Below are positions 1 to 6,965 of a stretch of 14,116 nucleotides of DNA, piece by piece (positions within the stretch are counted from its first letter, which is position 1; every line of letters starts with the position of its first letter). Both the position numbers and the translations under genes were made by a program. Origin of the DNA: Planctomycetota bacterium. GTDB taxonomy: Bacteria; Planctomycetota; Brocadiia; Brocadiales; Brocadiaceae. The DNA is taken from positions 1 through 14,116 of the forward strand of contig JACRII010000063.1 in the NCBI GenBank assembly GCA_016235875.1, written 5' to 3'. The notes under the pieces were generated by a model. That model ran no database searches. It was given only the letters and a program-made list of their open reading frames with translations, and was not told the DNA's origin.

Positions 1-2
1 AT

Positions 3-2027
3 CTATATCTTTAATGCTACTTGAAAACCTTCATGAATAGCCTCAAGTGCCGTGCGTACTTTGACACAATCGCCGATAAAGTATGTCTCCGGGAATTTTC
101 CCTCCACCTGCTTCTGGAGTTCGTTGTTGGGGCTGTATCCTACGGCAACGATAACAGTATCTGCCTTGATAAAGTGTTCCTGACCGTCTTTTTCATACAC
201 CACCCCCCTATGTATTTGTCCGTTTTCGCTGTGGTTGTTTGTAATTTCTTTTACCTTTAGTTCCGTTATTTCTTTTATCCCTGCATCTTTTAGTTCATTG
301 AGGATAACCCATCGTGTGGAAAAACCAAATCCGCCCCCAACCTTTCTTTTCATTTCCAGCAGGGTGATATTCCTGTTCCCCTTCGAGGTATATTCAACAA
401 TATCTTTGGCGTCGAGCACCTTGTGTTTAAGCAGAAAACAGGCTACCTCCGGTCTCATCGCCCCCTGTTTTGCCAAGTACAGCGCCACCTCACACCCAAC
501 CGTTCCACCGCCAATGATGACAACGTCCCTCCCTGTCGTTACTTTCCCTTCCAACACACTACTGGCGATAGAAACATTTTCTCCGTTTATTCCCCGGAGA
601 TTGAGCATTATTGGACGTCCACCTGTGGCTATGATTACTGCATCAGGGTGTTCTTCCTCTAACGTCTGTAAATCTGCCTCTTTTCCCATTTTTATATTTA
701 CGTTGAGTTTTGAAATTTGTCTTTCCAGATACGATATGATATTTTGTATTTCTTCTCGTCCCGGTGGAATAAAGGCGTATCGTAATTGACCACCCAGTTG
801 ATGACTCTTTTCGTACAGCGTCACATTGTGCCCCCTCAATGCCAGGACACGTGCAGCCTCCATGCCACCTGGTCCGCCGCCCACAACCACAATCTTTTTC
901 GAATTATCCGCTTTGGTTATCTTGTATTCACCTTCATGCCCCACCATCGCATTATAAGTGCAGGCTACTGGTTTAAAATTAAGCAGGGAATCAAAACACC
1001 CCTGATTGCAGGCAATACACGTCCTGATATCATCATACTGCCCGTTTTTAAATTTATTCGGCAGTTCGGGATCAACAATCAAAGGTCTACCGATTGACAC
1101 CAGGTCTGCCTGTTCATTATCTAATATTTCTTCTGCTAATTTAAGATTGTTTATCCTCACCGAAGCAATTACGGGAACTGTTACCTGAGATTTAACCTTT
1201 GCAGAAAGATATGCATAAGCCATCCTTGGAATGGACATCAACATAATGGGGGTCTTGCTTTCGTGCCAGCCGGGAGAGACGTTAAAGGCGTCAGCGCCCG
1301 CCTGTTCCAACATTTTAGCAATTTCAATACTTTCATTTATCTTGAGCCCTTCCTCTACGAGATCATCACCTGACATTCTAAAGATGATGGGATAATCCTT
1401 CCCAACAGTTTGTTTTATAGCGAGAACCATTTCCCTTGCAAAACGAGTTCTATTTTCAAGACTTCCACCGTATTCATCGTCGCGCTTGTTCGTTGTCTTA
1501 GAGAGGAACTGATTGATAAGATATCCCATCCCGCCATGAAGCTCGACGGCATCAAAACCTGCTTTCTTCGCCCTTAATGTGGCGCTGACATAATTATCGA
1601 TAACCGTTTTGATCTCTGGAATTGTCAGGGCACGGGGTTCTTGTTTAATGCTTCTATATGTCACTGCAGAGGGTGCGACTGGTTGCATTTTTGTAAAAAA
1701 AGACGAAGCGCTTCTGCCGGCATGAAGGAGTTGAGCAGCCACACGAACGTCATACTGATGGATGGCATCGGTTAATCTTTTTAATCCGGGGATAAATTCA
1801 TCTTTATCCAGCCCAATGATGCTCTTCCAGACCTTACCATTCATCTCAGGATAACAGCCACCAACAACAATAAGACCTACTCCCCCCCTTGCACGCTCAA
1901 TATAAAAGTTGATAATCTGGTCGTTAATGGTGCCATCCGAAGTAAACCCCAGGTCCATGGCAGACATGATTATCCTGTTTTTCAACGTCATCTGGCCGAT
2001 ATTCTTTTTTTCAAATAGTTTGCTCAT
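3..2027 (-). CDS. FadH-like NAD(P)H-dependent 2,4-dienoyl-CoA / enoate reductase family flavoprotein (OYE-type FMN barrel + 4Fe-4S + FAD/NAD(P) domain)
   Basis: Complete 674-aa ORF with its stop codon at 3-5. It has an Old-Yellow-Enzyme-type signature (AVELHGGMGYLINQFLS...NKRDDEYGGSLENRTRF). It has the Cys cluster CIACNQGC-x11-C (C-x2-C-x3-C-x11-C). Two Rossmann glycine motifs follow (KIVVVGGGPGGMEAA and DVVIIGGGTVGCEVA). Length class and domain order match E. coli FadH. Confidence 0.85.
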   Translation of the reverse strand: MSKLFEKKNIGQMTLKNRIIMSAMDLGFTSDGTINDQIINFYIERARGGVGLIVVGGCYPEMNGKVWKSIIGLDKDEFIPGLKRLTDAIHQYDVRVAAQLLHAGRSASSFFTKMQPVAPSAVTYRSIKQEPRALTIPEIKTVIDNYVSATLRAKKAGFDAVELHGGMGYLINQFLSKTTNKRDDEYGGSLENRTRFAREMVLAIKQTVGKDYPIIFRMSGDDLVEEGLKINESIEIAKMLEQAGADAFNVSPGWHESKTPIMLMSIPRMAYAYLSAKVKSQVTVPVIASVRINNLKLAEEILDNEQADLVSIGRPLIVDPELPNKFKNGQYDDIRTCIACNQGCFDSLLNFKPVACTYNAMVGHEGEYKITKADNSKKIVVVGGGPGGMEAARVLALRGHNVTLYEKSHQLGGQLRYAFIPPGREEIQNIISYLERQISKLNVNIKMGKEADLQTLEEEHPDAVIIATGGRPIMLNLRGINGENVSIASSVLEGKVTTGRDVVIIGGGTVGCEVALYLAKQGAMRPEVACFLLKHKVLDAKDIVEYTSKGNRNITLLEMKRKVGGGFGFSTRWVILNELKDAGIKEITELKVKEITNNHSENGQIHRGVVYEKDGQEHFIKADTVIVAVGYSPNNELQKQVEGKFPETYFIGDCVKVRTALEAIHEGFQVALKI

Positions 2028-2043
2028 AGTTTGCCAGGTAATT

Positions 2044-2088
2044 TTTGATTTGATAGTTGATTATGCAAGGTTGATGTGGGGTTGACGA
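2044..2088 (-). promoter_or_regulatory. Cluster of five TTGAT/TTGAC direct repeats just upstream of the FadH-like start codon (possible operator or regulator-binding array)
   Basis: On the plus strand, TTGAT occurs at 2045, 2050, 2057 and 2071, and TTGAC at 2082. All five lie within 42 bp, 18-60 nt upstream of the ATG at 2027. This is far denser than expected for a 5-mer. No binding protein can be assigned. Confidence 0.3.
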
Positions 2089-2156
2089 ATTAAAAGCCAA
2101 GGGGCAAAGGTATAATTCATGCTACGTGGCTTTCAATTGTTTATATTCAAAGAAAC

Positions 2157-2486
2157 TTATTTCCTTAACGCAAAAGATAGGATTGCCCATATTGCAGTAA
2201 TTGTAAAAGTAGAAAAACCCAGGATTAATCCGATCATCCAGTAGATAAGCTCCTTTTTATCTTTTTCCGTCTTTATGAGTAATTCGGTTTTATCACGCTC
2301 TGTCTTTGTTAGTATATCAGTCTTGTCACGCTCTGTCTTCGTGAGTATATCAGTCTTGTCACGTTCAGTCTTTTCATATATCTGGTCGAGCCTTGAGGCA
2401 ATGTAAGTAATCTTTTCTTTGAGGACGTCTTCGTAAAGGGCCTCAAGTCTTGTAATTCTATGTTCTAATTCTTCAATCTCAGGCAT
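2157..2486 (-). CDS. Small coiled-coil protein with 11-aa tandem repeats and a C-terminal transmembrane anchor (function unknown)
   Basis: 109-aa ORF. The N-terminal segment is heptad-like (EIEELEHRITRLEALYEDVLKE). Repeats follow: TERDKTDILTK x2, TERDKTELLIK and TEKDKKELIYW. A hydrophobic tail (WMIGLILGFSTFTITAIWAILSFAL) ends in RK. Confidence 0.7.
   Translation of the reverse strand: MPEIEELEHRITRLEALYEDVLKEKITYIASRLDQIYEKTERDKTDILTKTERDKTDILTKTERDKTELLIKTEKDKKELIYWMIGLILGFSTFTITAIWAILSFALRK
2245..2376 (-). repeat. 33-bp in-frame tandem repeat (4 units, the two central-right units near-identical) inside the 109-aa CDS
   Basis: The units occupy 2245-2277, 2278-2310, 2311-2343 and 2344-2376. 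Units 2311-2343 (agtatatcagtcttgtcacgctctgtcttcgtg) and 2344-2376 (agtatatcagtcttgtcacgttcagtcttttca) share 26 of 33 bases, including the first 21. The outer units are more diverged. Confidence 0.85.
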
Positions 2487-2553
2487 GTTGGGATTATAAG
2501 ACTCAAATCAATGTTTGTCAAGTTTATCCTGGAAACAAACCCATTTCATAGTT

Positions 2554-3135
2554 TCAGCAAGAGTAAATAGAGTAAAAAGCGATTATGCTTGATAAGAGAG
2601 GTAAATTTGGCTCAAATAAAATCTTTTGTTTAATCCGTTGGCAAATTATGCAAAGGCAAATACATCTCATGCCACTCAAAGCCGCCAAGTGTTGATGTTG
2701 ACTTTCCACCGTAGAAAAACCGTATTTTTGATAGTAAGGAACTAAGTTAGATTTACAAATCAAGAGGATCTTCTGCTTTTTTAATGCCTTCGATACCTCA
2801 ATAAATCTTGACATGAGTTTTTTAGAAACTCCATTCCCTTGATATTCAGGCAATACAGCTAAAGAGAAGATGACGATATTTTTCCCGTTTTTCTCATGAC
2901 CCACCATGTCTTTAAATGCCTCGTCCGTTATATCATCCCTGTTTGTTGACCCGCTGTTAATCATACCAACGATCTGACCCTTCAATTCAGCAACCAGAAA
3001 TCCGTCTGGATCCAGTTCAATGCGTTTTTGAATTTTTTCTCTTGTTGCTGCATCAGTAGTATAACAGATAGACTCAATGGTATAACAGGCATCCACATCG
3101 TGCTCATTGACATGCCTAATTATTACATTGGTCAT
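2554..3135 (-). CDS. GNAT-family (arylalkylamine N-acetyltransferase-like) acetyltransferase with a frameshifted 3' end; the intact reading would end at 2630
   Basis: GNAT core is present: FLVAELKGQIVGMIN, IFSLAVLPEYQGNGVSKKLMSRF, LLICKSNLVPYYQKYGF. After YGF the annotated frame gives a Cys-rich, low-plausibility tail. The neighbouring frame reads FYGGKSTSTLGGFEWHEMYLPLHNLPTD-stop, a typical GNAT C-terminus. The switch sits at the homopolymer 2715-2719. Confidence 0.85.
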   Translation of the reverse strand: MTNVIIRHVNEHDVDACYTIESICYTTDAATREKIQKRIELDPDGFLVAELKGQIVGMINSGSTNRDDITDEAFKDMVGHEKNGKNIVIFSLAVLPEYQGNGVSKKLMSRFIEVSKALKKQKILLICKSNLVPYYQKYGFSTVESQHQHLAALSGMRCICLCIICQRIKQKILFEPNLPLLSSIIAFYSIYSC

Positions 3136-3240
3136 GAGATAATTTTTTGTGTCGATAATTTAATCGTATAGGAATTTTCATTTTGTTTAAGCGGTTTTCG
3201 TGTCCATAACTAATATGGTAAATAGTCTATGGAAGACCTC

Positions 3241-3282
3241 CCCTTCATCCCCTCCTTGCGAAGGAGGGGAAAGAGGGGTGGT
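3241..3282. repeat. GC-rich palindromic hairpin element (REP-like), copy 1
   Basis: cccctcctt-gcg-aaggagggg forms a perfect 9-bp stem with a 3-nt loop (3249-3269). It is preceded by cccttcat and followed by aaagaggggtgg. It lies 30 nt downstream of the FapA stop. It shares the ccccttcaYcccc lead-in with the element at 9925-9990. Confidence 0.6.
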
Positions 3283-3298
3283 TATAAGTTCTGAACAT

Positions 3299-4699
3299 TC
3301 ATTTTTTTATTTTTATCTCATCTCCTGTCAAATAGAATGTTGCCTTTTTACATTCCTCAAGAATGGTCATGGTTGATTCGCCGATTTTAATCTCTACTCC
3401 CGGATGAACAACTTTATGGACTAATACCTTAGCATCCTTATTAACCGATACTATTTCTTCGCTCGCGAGGTCATTTAATTTTTTTACTAACTCTTCCCTT
3501 CGGGAAAGGAGGCGATCAAATGTAGTTGTGTACTGTGGTGGAAGTTCTCCCTTTGCCTTCTGAATTGCATGGAGTGTATTAAGTTCCTTATCAACCGTTT
3601 TCAAGAGAGCTTTTAAACCACTTGTCTCTTTTCTTTTGATCATTTGACTTTGTTGTGCAGCGTAGTTAGTACCGACTTCTACGTCTGTGTGAACCTCATT
3701 ATTACTTCCCAAAGATTCGACTTCAATCATTGCTCCAGCAGTTGTTATTCCACCCTCGATAGATATCTTATCCCCACTTACTTTCACGGCATTTTTAGCA
3801 TAGATTGTACAACCCACTGCCTCTCGTAATATTATTACATTAGTTGCCACAATTGTCTGATTCCTGGCAAAGCCGATGGTTGCATCTCCTTCTGCTTCAA
3901 TTTTCCCTTTACCCGAACCAATAAAACCGCCCTTTATCAAAACGTTGCCCTTTGACTTTATTATAGAATCTTCTACCGTACCCCAAACCTCCACATCTCC
4001 TATAGCATCTAAAATAAACCCGCTTCTTACGTTTCCCTTGACGACAACCGTCCCTTTGCTTGTGATATTCCCTGTACTAAAATCAACGTCTTTTTCAACG
4101 GTACAACAAGATTTTACAGATACGGCGCCATTGGTGTATCTTACGTTTCCGTCAATAGAGGAAACCAACAATTTGGAATCCTTCTCAGATACCCTGGTAT
4201 TTTCACCCATCGGGAGTACGCATGGTTTCCCATGAACAGGGATCAACGTTTTTCCAAATACGTTTTTCCCGGGCTTCCCGAGAGTAGGGTCTATTAATTT
4301 TACCAGGGGTCGATTCTTTTCAACGTTCTCAATAATACTCACCTCGTGAAAATCAACCTTGCCATGAGCGCCCTCCTGAGGCTTGATTTTTTTATCAACG
4401 TCAAACAGAAACTCAAGCCTGCCGTTTTCACCAAAAACCGTTTGGTCTCCTTCCGCTATAAGTACATCTTCAACAGCGCTGTCTTTTAATCTGGCTTTAT
4501 CCAGGGTAGCCCCGATAACCTCTTCCTTTATTCCATAGGAAATTTTTTTCGACTGCAGGATTTGCAGCACGTCATTCACGTTGATATCAACACCCCCTTG
4601 CGTAAAGGGTTTTACCGTTAAATAGACCTTCATAAGGTCGTCAGAGACCTTGACTAAAAGGAAGTTGGTTTTGTCATTCGTTTCCGACATATTTTTCAC
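3299..4699 (-). CDS. FapA / DUF342 family protein
   Basis: 466-aa ORF. The N-terminus (LLVKVSDDLMKVYLTVKP...VLQILQSKKISYGIKEEVI) is typical of the FapA N-domain. The centre has repetitive beta-helix-like G-x-V/I segments. A coiled-coil segment follows, then the C-terminal VVHPGVEIKIGES motif. The track start is GTG at 4699. ATG at 4690, preceded by GGTGA, is the more likely start. Confidence 0.8.
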   Translation of the reverse strand: MKNMSETNDKTNFLLVKVSDDLMKVYLTVKPFTQGGVDINVNDVLQILQSKKISYGIKEEVIGATLDKARLKDSAVEDVLIAEGDQTVFGENGRLEFLFDVDKKIKPQEGAHGKVDFHEVSIIENVEKNRPLVKLIDPTLGKPGKNVFGKTLIPVHGKPCVLPMGENTRVSEKDSKLLVSSIDGNVRYTNGAVSVKSCCTVEKDVDFSTGNITSKGTVVVKGNVRSGFILDAIGDVEVWGTVEDSIIKSKGNVLIKGGFIGSGKGKIEAEGDATIGFARNQTIVATNVIILREAVGCTIYAKNAVKVSGDKISIEGGITTAGAMIEVESLGSNNEVHTDVEVGTNYAAQQSQMIKRKETSGLKALLKTVDKELNTLHAIQKAKGELPPQYTTTFDRLLSRREELVKKLNDLASEEIVSVNKDAKVLVHKVVHPGVEIKIGESTMTILEECKKATFYLTGDEIKIKK

Positions 4700-4765
4700 C
4701 GTTTATTTAACGTTGTTGAACTAATGCTAAACAAAAAGACAAGTTTTCGGCATTATTTAAAATAT

Positions 4766-4781
4766 ATCAAATTCTGTGCCA
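4766..4781 (-). promoter_or_regulatory. Candidate sigma54-type (-24/-12) promoter upstream of the FapA gene
   Basis: The minus strand reads TGGCACAGAATTTGAT, against the consensus TGGCACG-N4-TTGCW. The -24 GG and the spacing are exact. The -12 element is TTGA instead of TTGC. It lies about 75 nt upstream of the ATG at 4690. Confidence 0.3.
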
Positions 4782-4850
4782 AAAGAGCAGCAAGAAGATT
4801 TACCGCGTAGTCGTTGATGAAGTAGAGACACAGGCAAAAAGGCGGTACGT

Positions 4851-4954
4851 AACCACAGATTTCTCTGATTACACAGACGATTAGGTTTTCTTCGTTTCTT
4901 GAGTTTTTCGTGTTTCTTGCGTTAACGATATAAACCCAAGAAACCTAACGAACC
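4851..4954. repeat. Short-repeat debris (AACCACAGATT / CACRGAT family plus an imperfect inverted repeat)
   Basis: aaccacagatt at 4851 recurs at 8286 (aaccacggatt) and 8363. The sequence ttaggttttcttcg...cgttaggtttcttggg (reverse complement) forms an imperfect inverted repeat. No ORF is present. Confidence 0.45.
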
Positions 4955-4970
4955 TTTAATAATATTAATC

Positions 4971-5130
4971 GGGGCTGTCCAAAATTTATTACCATGCGAA
5001 GGTGGAACGACTAAAGCAATCTCCTGATTTTAAAGGGTTTCAAAATGGATTGCTTCCCCTTTGCGATTCTCAGGGCTTCGGCTCACAACACTTGCGATGA
5101 CAGTTGAAAATTAAACTATTTGGACAGACC
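4971..5130. mobile_element. MITE-like non-coding element bounded by 9-bp terminal inverted repeats
   Basis: ctgtccaaa (4975-4983) is the exact reverse complement of tttggacag (5119-5127). The arms enclose about 135 bp with no ORF. The flanks are ggggctgtcc and ggacagaccc. No transposase is present. Whether this is a repeat family in the genome cannot be tested from one window. Confidence 0.4.
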
Positions 5131-5287
5131 CAGGTAAATCAAGCAATTGTTGCAGGACGTCTTCTTTACCGTTGCTTATGAAAGCGAGAAATTCTTTTTG
5201 GTCAAGTTTAGCAATTTGTACAACGTTACGCCTCAGTTTCATTTTGCCGCCCTGCAAAAACGTAAACTGCAGGCGCTGGTTGGGCAT
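5111..5287 (-). CDS. 58-aa ORF (MPNQRLQFTFLQGGKMKLRRNVVQIAKLDQKEFLAFISNGKEDVLQQLLDLPGSVQIV), possibly a gene remnant
   Basis: Found by hand translation; it falls below the size cutoff of the ORF track. The ATG at 5287 is 11 nt after the stop of the upstream gene, with no clear SD. The last codons and the stop are supplied by the right arm of the MITE-like element. Confidence 0.25.
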   Translation of the reverse strand: MPNQRLQFTFLQGGKMKLRRNVVQIAKLDQKEFLAFISNGKEDVLQQLLDLPGSVQIV

Positions 5288-5298
5288 TTCTGTTTTGT

Positions 5299-6033
5299 TT
5301 AGCTCACAGCTTTTCCGATCAAGCAGTCCACGCCGCCGACAATGACCGGTCCATATAGCGTTCCTGTGATGACTGGCTCATGAGAACCAATGATGACAGC
5401 CATGAAGGCATTGAAGTCCTTTGTATTTGCGCGGATATTGTCTGTCGTCGTCTTGCGTGTGTGAAACTCATGCACCACGAACACCGCAAGAGCAGAACCG
5501 TCTCGCCAGGCTTGGATTGCAGTGCCGCAAATTGCCGTAAGGAGTTGGTATCTGACGTTATCCCATCGGTTGTTCCCTGCGGGAACGAGGGAAAGCAGTT
5601 GAGTGATTCTTTCTGGCACTCTGGTTGATTCACCAGATTCTCTGCGTTTGTTGGCTAACAGTCTGTACTCCGCGACAGTTTCGTTCCCGAAAGGTTCGTC
5701 TGCCTTTGCTTCGATACAGATTGTGATTTGTTCCTGATTAGTCCGGCCGAGTAGCCAAAGGTCATGGTTACGTCCTTCGCCTCTTTCAGGAAGTGAAGTC
5801 ACGTATTCGGGAATCCCGCGCAAGAGATGTAGATCTGTGAGCCTCCTTGAAGAATGCAGTAGTTGTATCAGTTCCTCTGGCGGTGATATCTCGGATTGAC
5901 GGAACCAAGCCTTCGCCAGTTCCATTGCGCTTCTTTCGGGTTCCCACTGGTAATCCTTTTTCGGTCGGGTCCACATTTCCCAGTTTGTGATGGGTGTGCC
6001 GTCTGGCCGCGATAGAGTCAGTGGTGTTGTCAT
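5299..6033 (-). CDS. PD-(D/E)xK nuclease-fold protein, uncharacterised family (resembles my recollection of the DUF6946-type N-terminus)
   Basis: 244-aa ORF with a strong SD (AAGGAG 7 nt before the ATG at 6033). The motif series is E76 (IPEYV), D91 (RNHDLWLL) and E108-A-K110 (ITICIEAKADEPFG). That is D-x16-ExK on predicted beta strands. The N-terminus is Trp-rich (W-x2-W-x8-W...RSAMELAKAW). GC is about 50%, against about 42% for the window. Confidence 0.55.
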   Translation of the reverse strand: MTTPLTLSRPDGTPITNWEMWTRPKKDYQWEPERSAMELAKAWFRQSEISPPEELIQLLHSSRRLTDLHLLRGIPEYVTSLPERGEGRNHDLWLLGRTNQEQITICIEAKADEPFGNETVAEYRLLANKRRESGESTRVPERITQLLSLVPAGNNRWDNVRYQLLTAICGTAIQAWRDGSALAVFVVHEFHTRKTTTDNIRANTKDFNAFMAVIIGSHEPVITGTLYGPVIVGGVDCLIGKAVS

Positions 6034-6134
6034 ATTTGTTCTCCTTGCCCAACGCCTGAGCTAAGGGGCGCGAGGTAACCATGTCAGACTGATAAAGAAA
6101 ACCGGCTAATCCCGCGTCCCTCTTGAGCGATTTG

Positions 6135-6965
6135 TTAGGCTTTCTTAAAATATGGAAAGACTGATGACATATGTATTGTTGTTTCATTTATGACCTGGGC
6201 TGCATAACAGTCTTCCCATCCATCTGCATCAAATATCTCGTTGAATTTATAATTGTGATATTCGGCTATCCAACGGTACTTTTCAAGTATTCTTATGTTC
6301 TTAAGATTCTTGTTCACGTTTTCGATAATTGATTCTTTATGGTCATGTAAGAATTCTATCTGTTCCATTCCGTCCTCATAAAGCATATTCAAATAATCGA
6401 CAAAGAAATAGCCATCGGGAGATTCCATTATGAAATTTAGATTATTCTTTTTCTCAAAGGGATTTTGTTCATTAATAATTTGCTCAACAAGAGTGCTGTC
6501 AACAATAATTCGTGGATACATTGCAACTTGCTCTAATTCATATGCTTTTATTAATCCCTGACTAAATACCATTCTTTCATTTTCAAAGTGACAACCATGT
6601 GACAAAGCCCCTCTCAAAAACATTTTCCTTAATGAAAAGTAGAGTTGTATAAAGGCTAACTCATACAAAATATAAAAGATGTTCTCTTTAGAATATTCGC
6701 ATGATACGCAAATACAATCAGAAAATAGTTTAGTTGAGAATGTCTTGCCATAATTATCATTAAGCACATTCAAAACATGCTTCAGGTGACCATCAATATA
6801 ATTTATTGTTTGTAACGCTCCTTCTCTACCCTGCATTACCAAATCTTTAAAACCAAGGATGTCTATGAAAGCGACGAGTTTATCTGGATAATTTGATTCA
6901 TTATATGAATTTACCATATACTGCCCGCTCACTAATGTATTATTGAAATACTTTAAGTCTAACAT
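6135..6965 (-). CDS. Minimal class III nucleotidyl cyclase-like (palm-domain) protein with a C-terminal helical extension; function unknown
   Basis: 276-aa ORF. VAFIDILGFKDLV matches the F-x-D-x-x-GF first metal-Asp strand (D35). KLFSDCICVS supplies the second Asp 48 residues later (D83). LRGALSHG...GLIKAYELE is in the position of the RIGIHTG...VN-AARLE segment. GC is about 32% (hand count over 13 lines). Confidence 0.5.
   Translation of the reverse strand: MLDLKYFNNTLVSGQYMVNSYNESNYPDKLVAFIDILGFKDLVMQGREGALQTINYIDGHLKHVLNVLNDNYGKTFSTKLFSDCICVSCEYSKENIFYILYELAFIQLYFSLRKMFLRGALSHGCHFENERMVFSQGLIKAYELEQVAMYPRIIVDSTLVEQIINEQNPFEKKNNLNFIMESPDGYFFVDYLNMLYEDGMEQIEFLHDHKESIIENVNKNLKNIRILEKYRWIAEYHNYKFNEIFDADGWEDCYAAQVINETTIHMSSVFPYFKKA

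Noticed and set aside
21-1188. Five plus-strand ORFs (21-260, 235-789, 423-662, 786-1097, 1006-1188) antisense to the FadH-like gene
   Set aside because: They lie entirely inside a strongly motif-supported 674-aa minus-strand CDS. Their translations are low-complexity (Ser/Phe/Pro/Thr-rich) with no motifs. They are typical shadow ORFs.
2245-2376. 33-bp periodic repeat considered as a possible CRISPR array
   Set aside because: The units are contiguous with no spacers, in-frame within a CDS, and encode an 11-aa peptide repeat. No cas genes are present.
2554-2629. The 3' extension of the GNAT ORF as a genuine C-terminal domain
   Set aside because: The tail from the frameshift point onward (LAALSGMRCICLCIICQRIKQKILFEPNLPLLSSIIAFYSIYSC) has no GNAT counterpart. 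The adjacent frame gives a canonical GNAT ending. The extension is most simply read-through after a 1-nt indel.
3249-3269. 9-bp GC hairpin downstream of FapA as a rho-independent terminator
   Set aside because: No U-tract follows the stem on the transcribed strand (it continues ATGAAGGGGAGG). It is better described as a REP-like hairpin. A terminator role is not excluded but is unsupported.
3644-4235. Plus-strand ORFs 3644-3829 and 3876-4235 antisense to FapA
   Set aside because: These are shadow ORFs within the FapA CDS. Their composition is Ser/Thr/Pro/Phe-rich and no motifs are recognisable.
6048-6071. tRNA-like 5' fragment on the minus strand (GCGCCCCTTAGCTCAGGCGTTGGG), considered as a possible integration-site remnant
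   Set aside because: Only the acceptor/D-arm-like 24 nt are present. There is no anticodon or T-arm, no cloverleaf can be drawn, and no integrase is nearby. Site-specific integration usually duplicates tRNA 3' ends. It may be coincidence.
5319-6187. Alternative-frame ORFs 5319-5633 (-), 5380-5628 (+) and 5786-6187 (-)
   Set aside because: They overlap the 244-aa PD-(D/E)xK-like CDS, which has a strong SD and coherent motifs. ORF 5786-6187 would bridge two genes of very different GC. Long spurious ORFs are expected in a ~50% GC segment.
5299-6965. Calling the cyclase-like / nuclease-like pair a Pycsar or CBASS system
   Set aside because: The putative effector has no recognisable cyclic-nucleotide-binding, SAVED, TIR or TM domain. 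The cyclase-like protein is not a CD-NTase fold by motif. Assignment to a named system would be over-reach.
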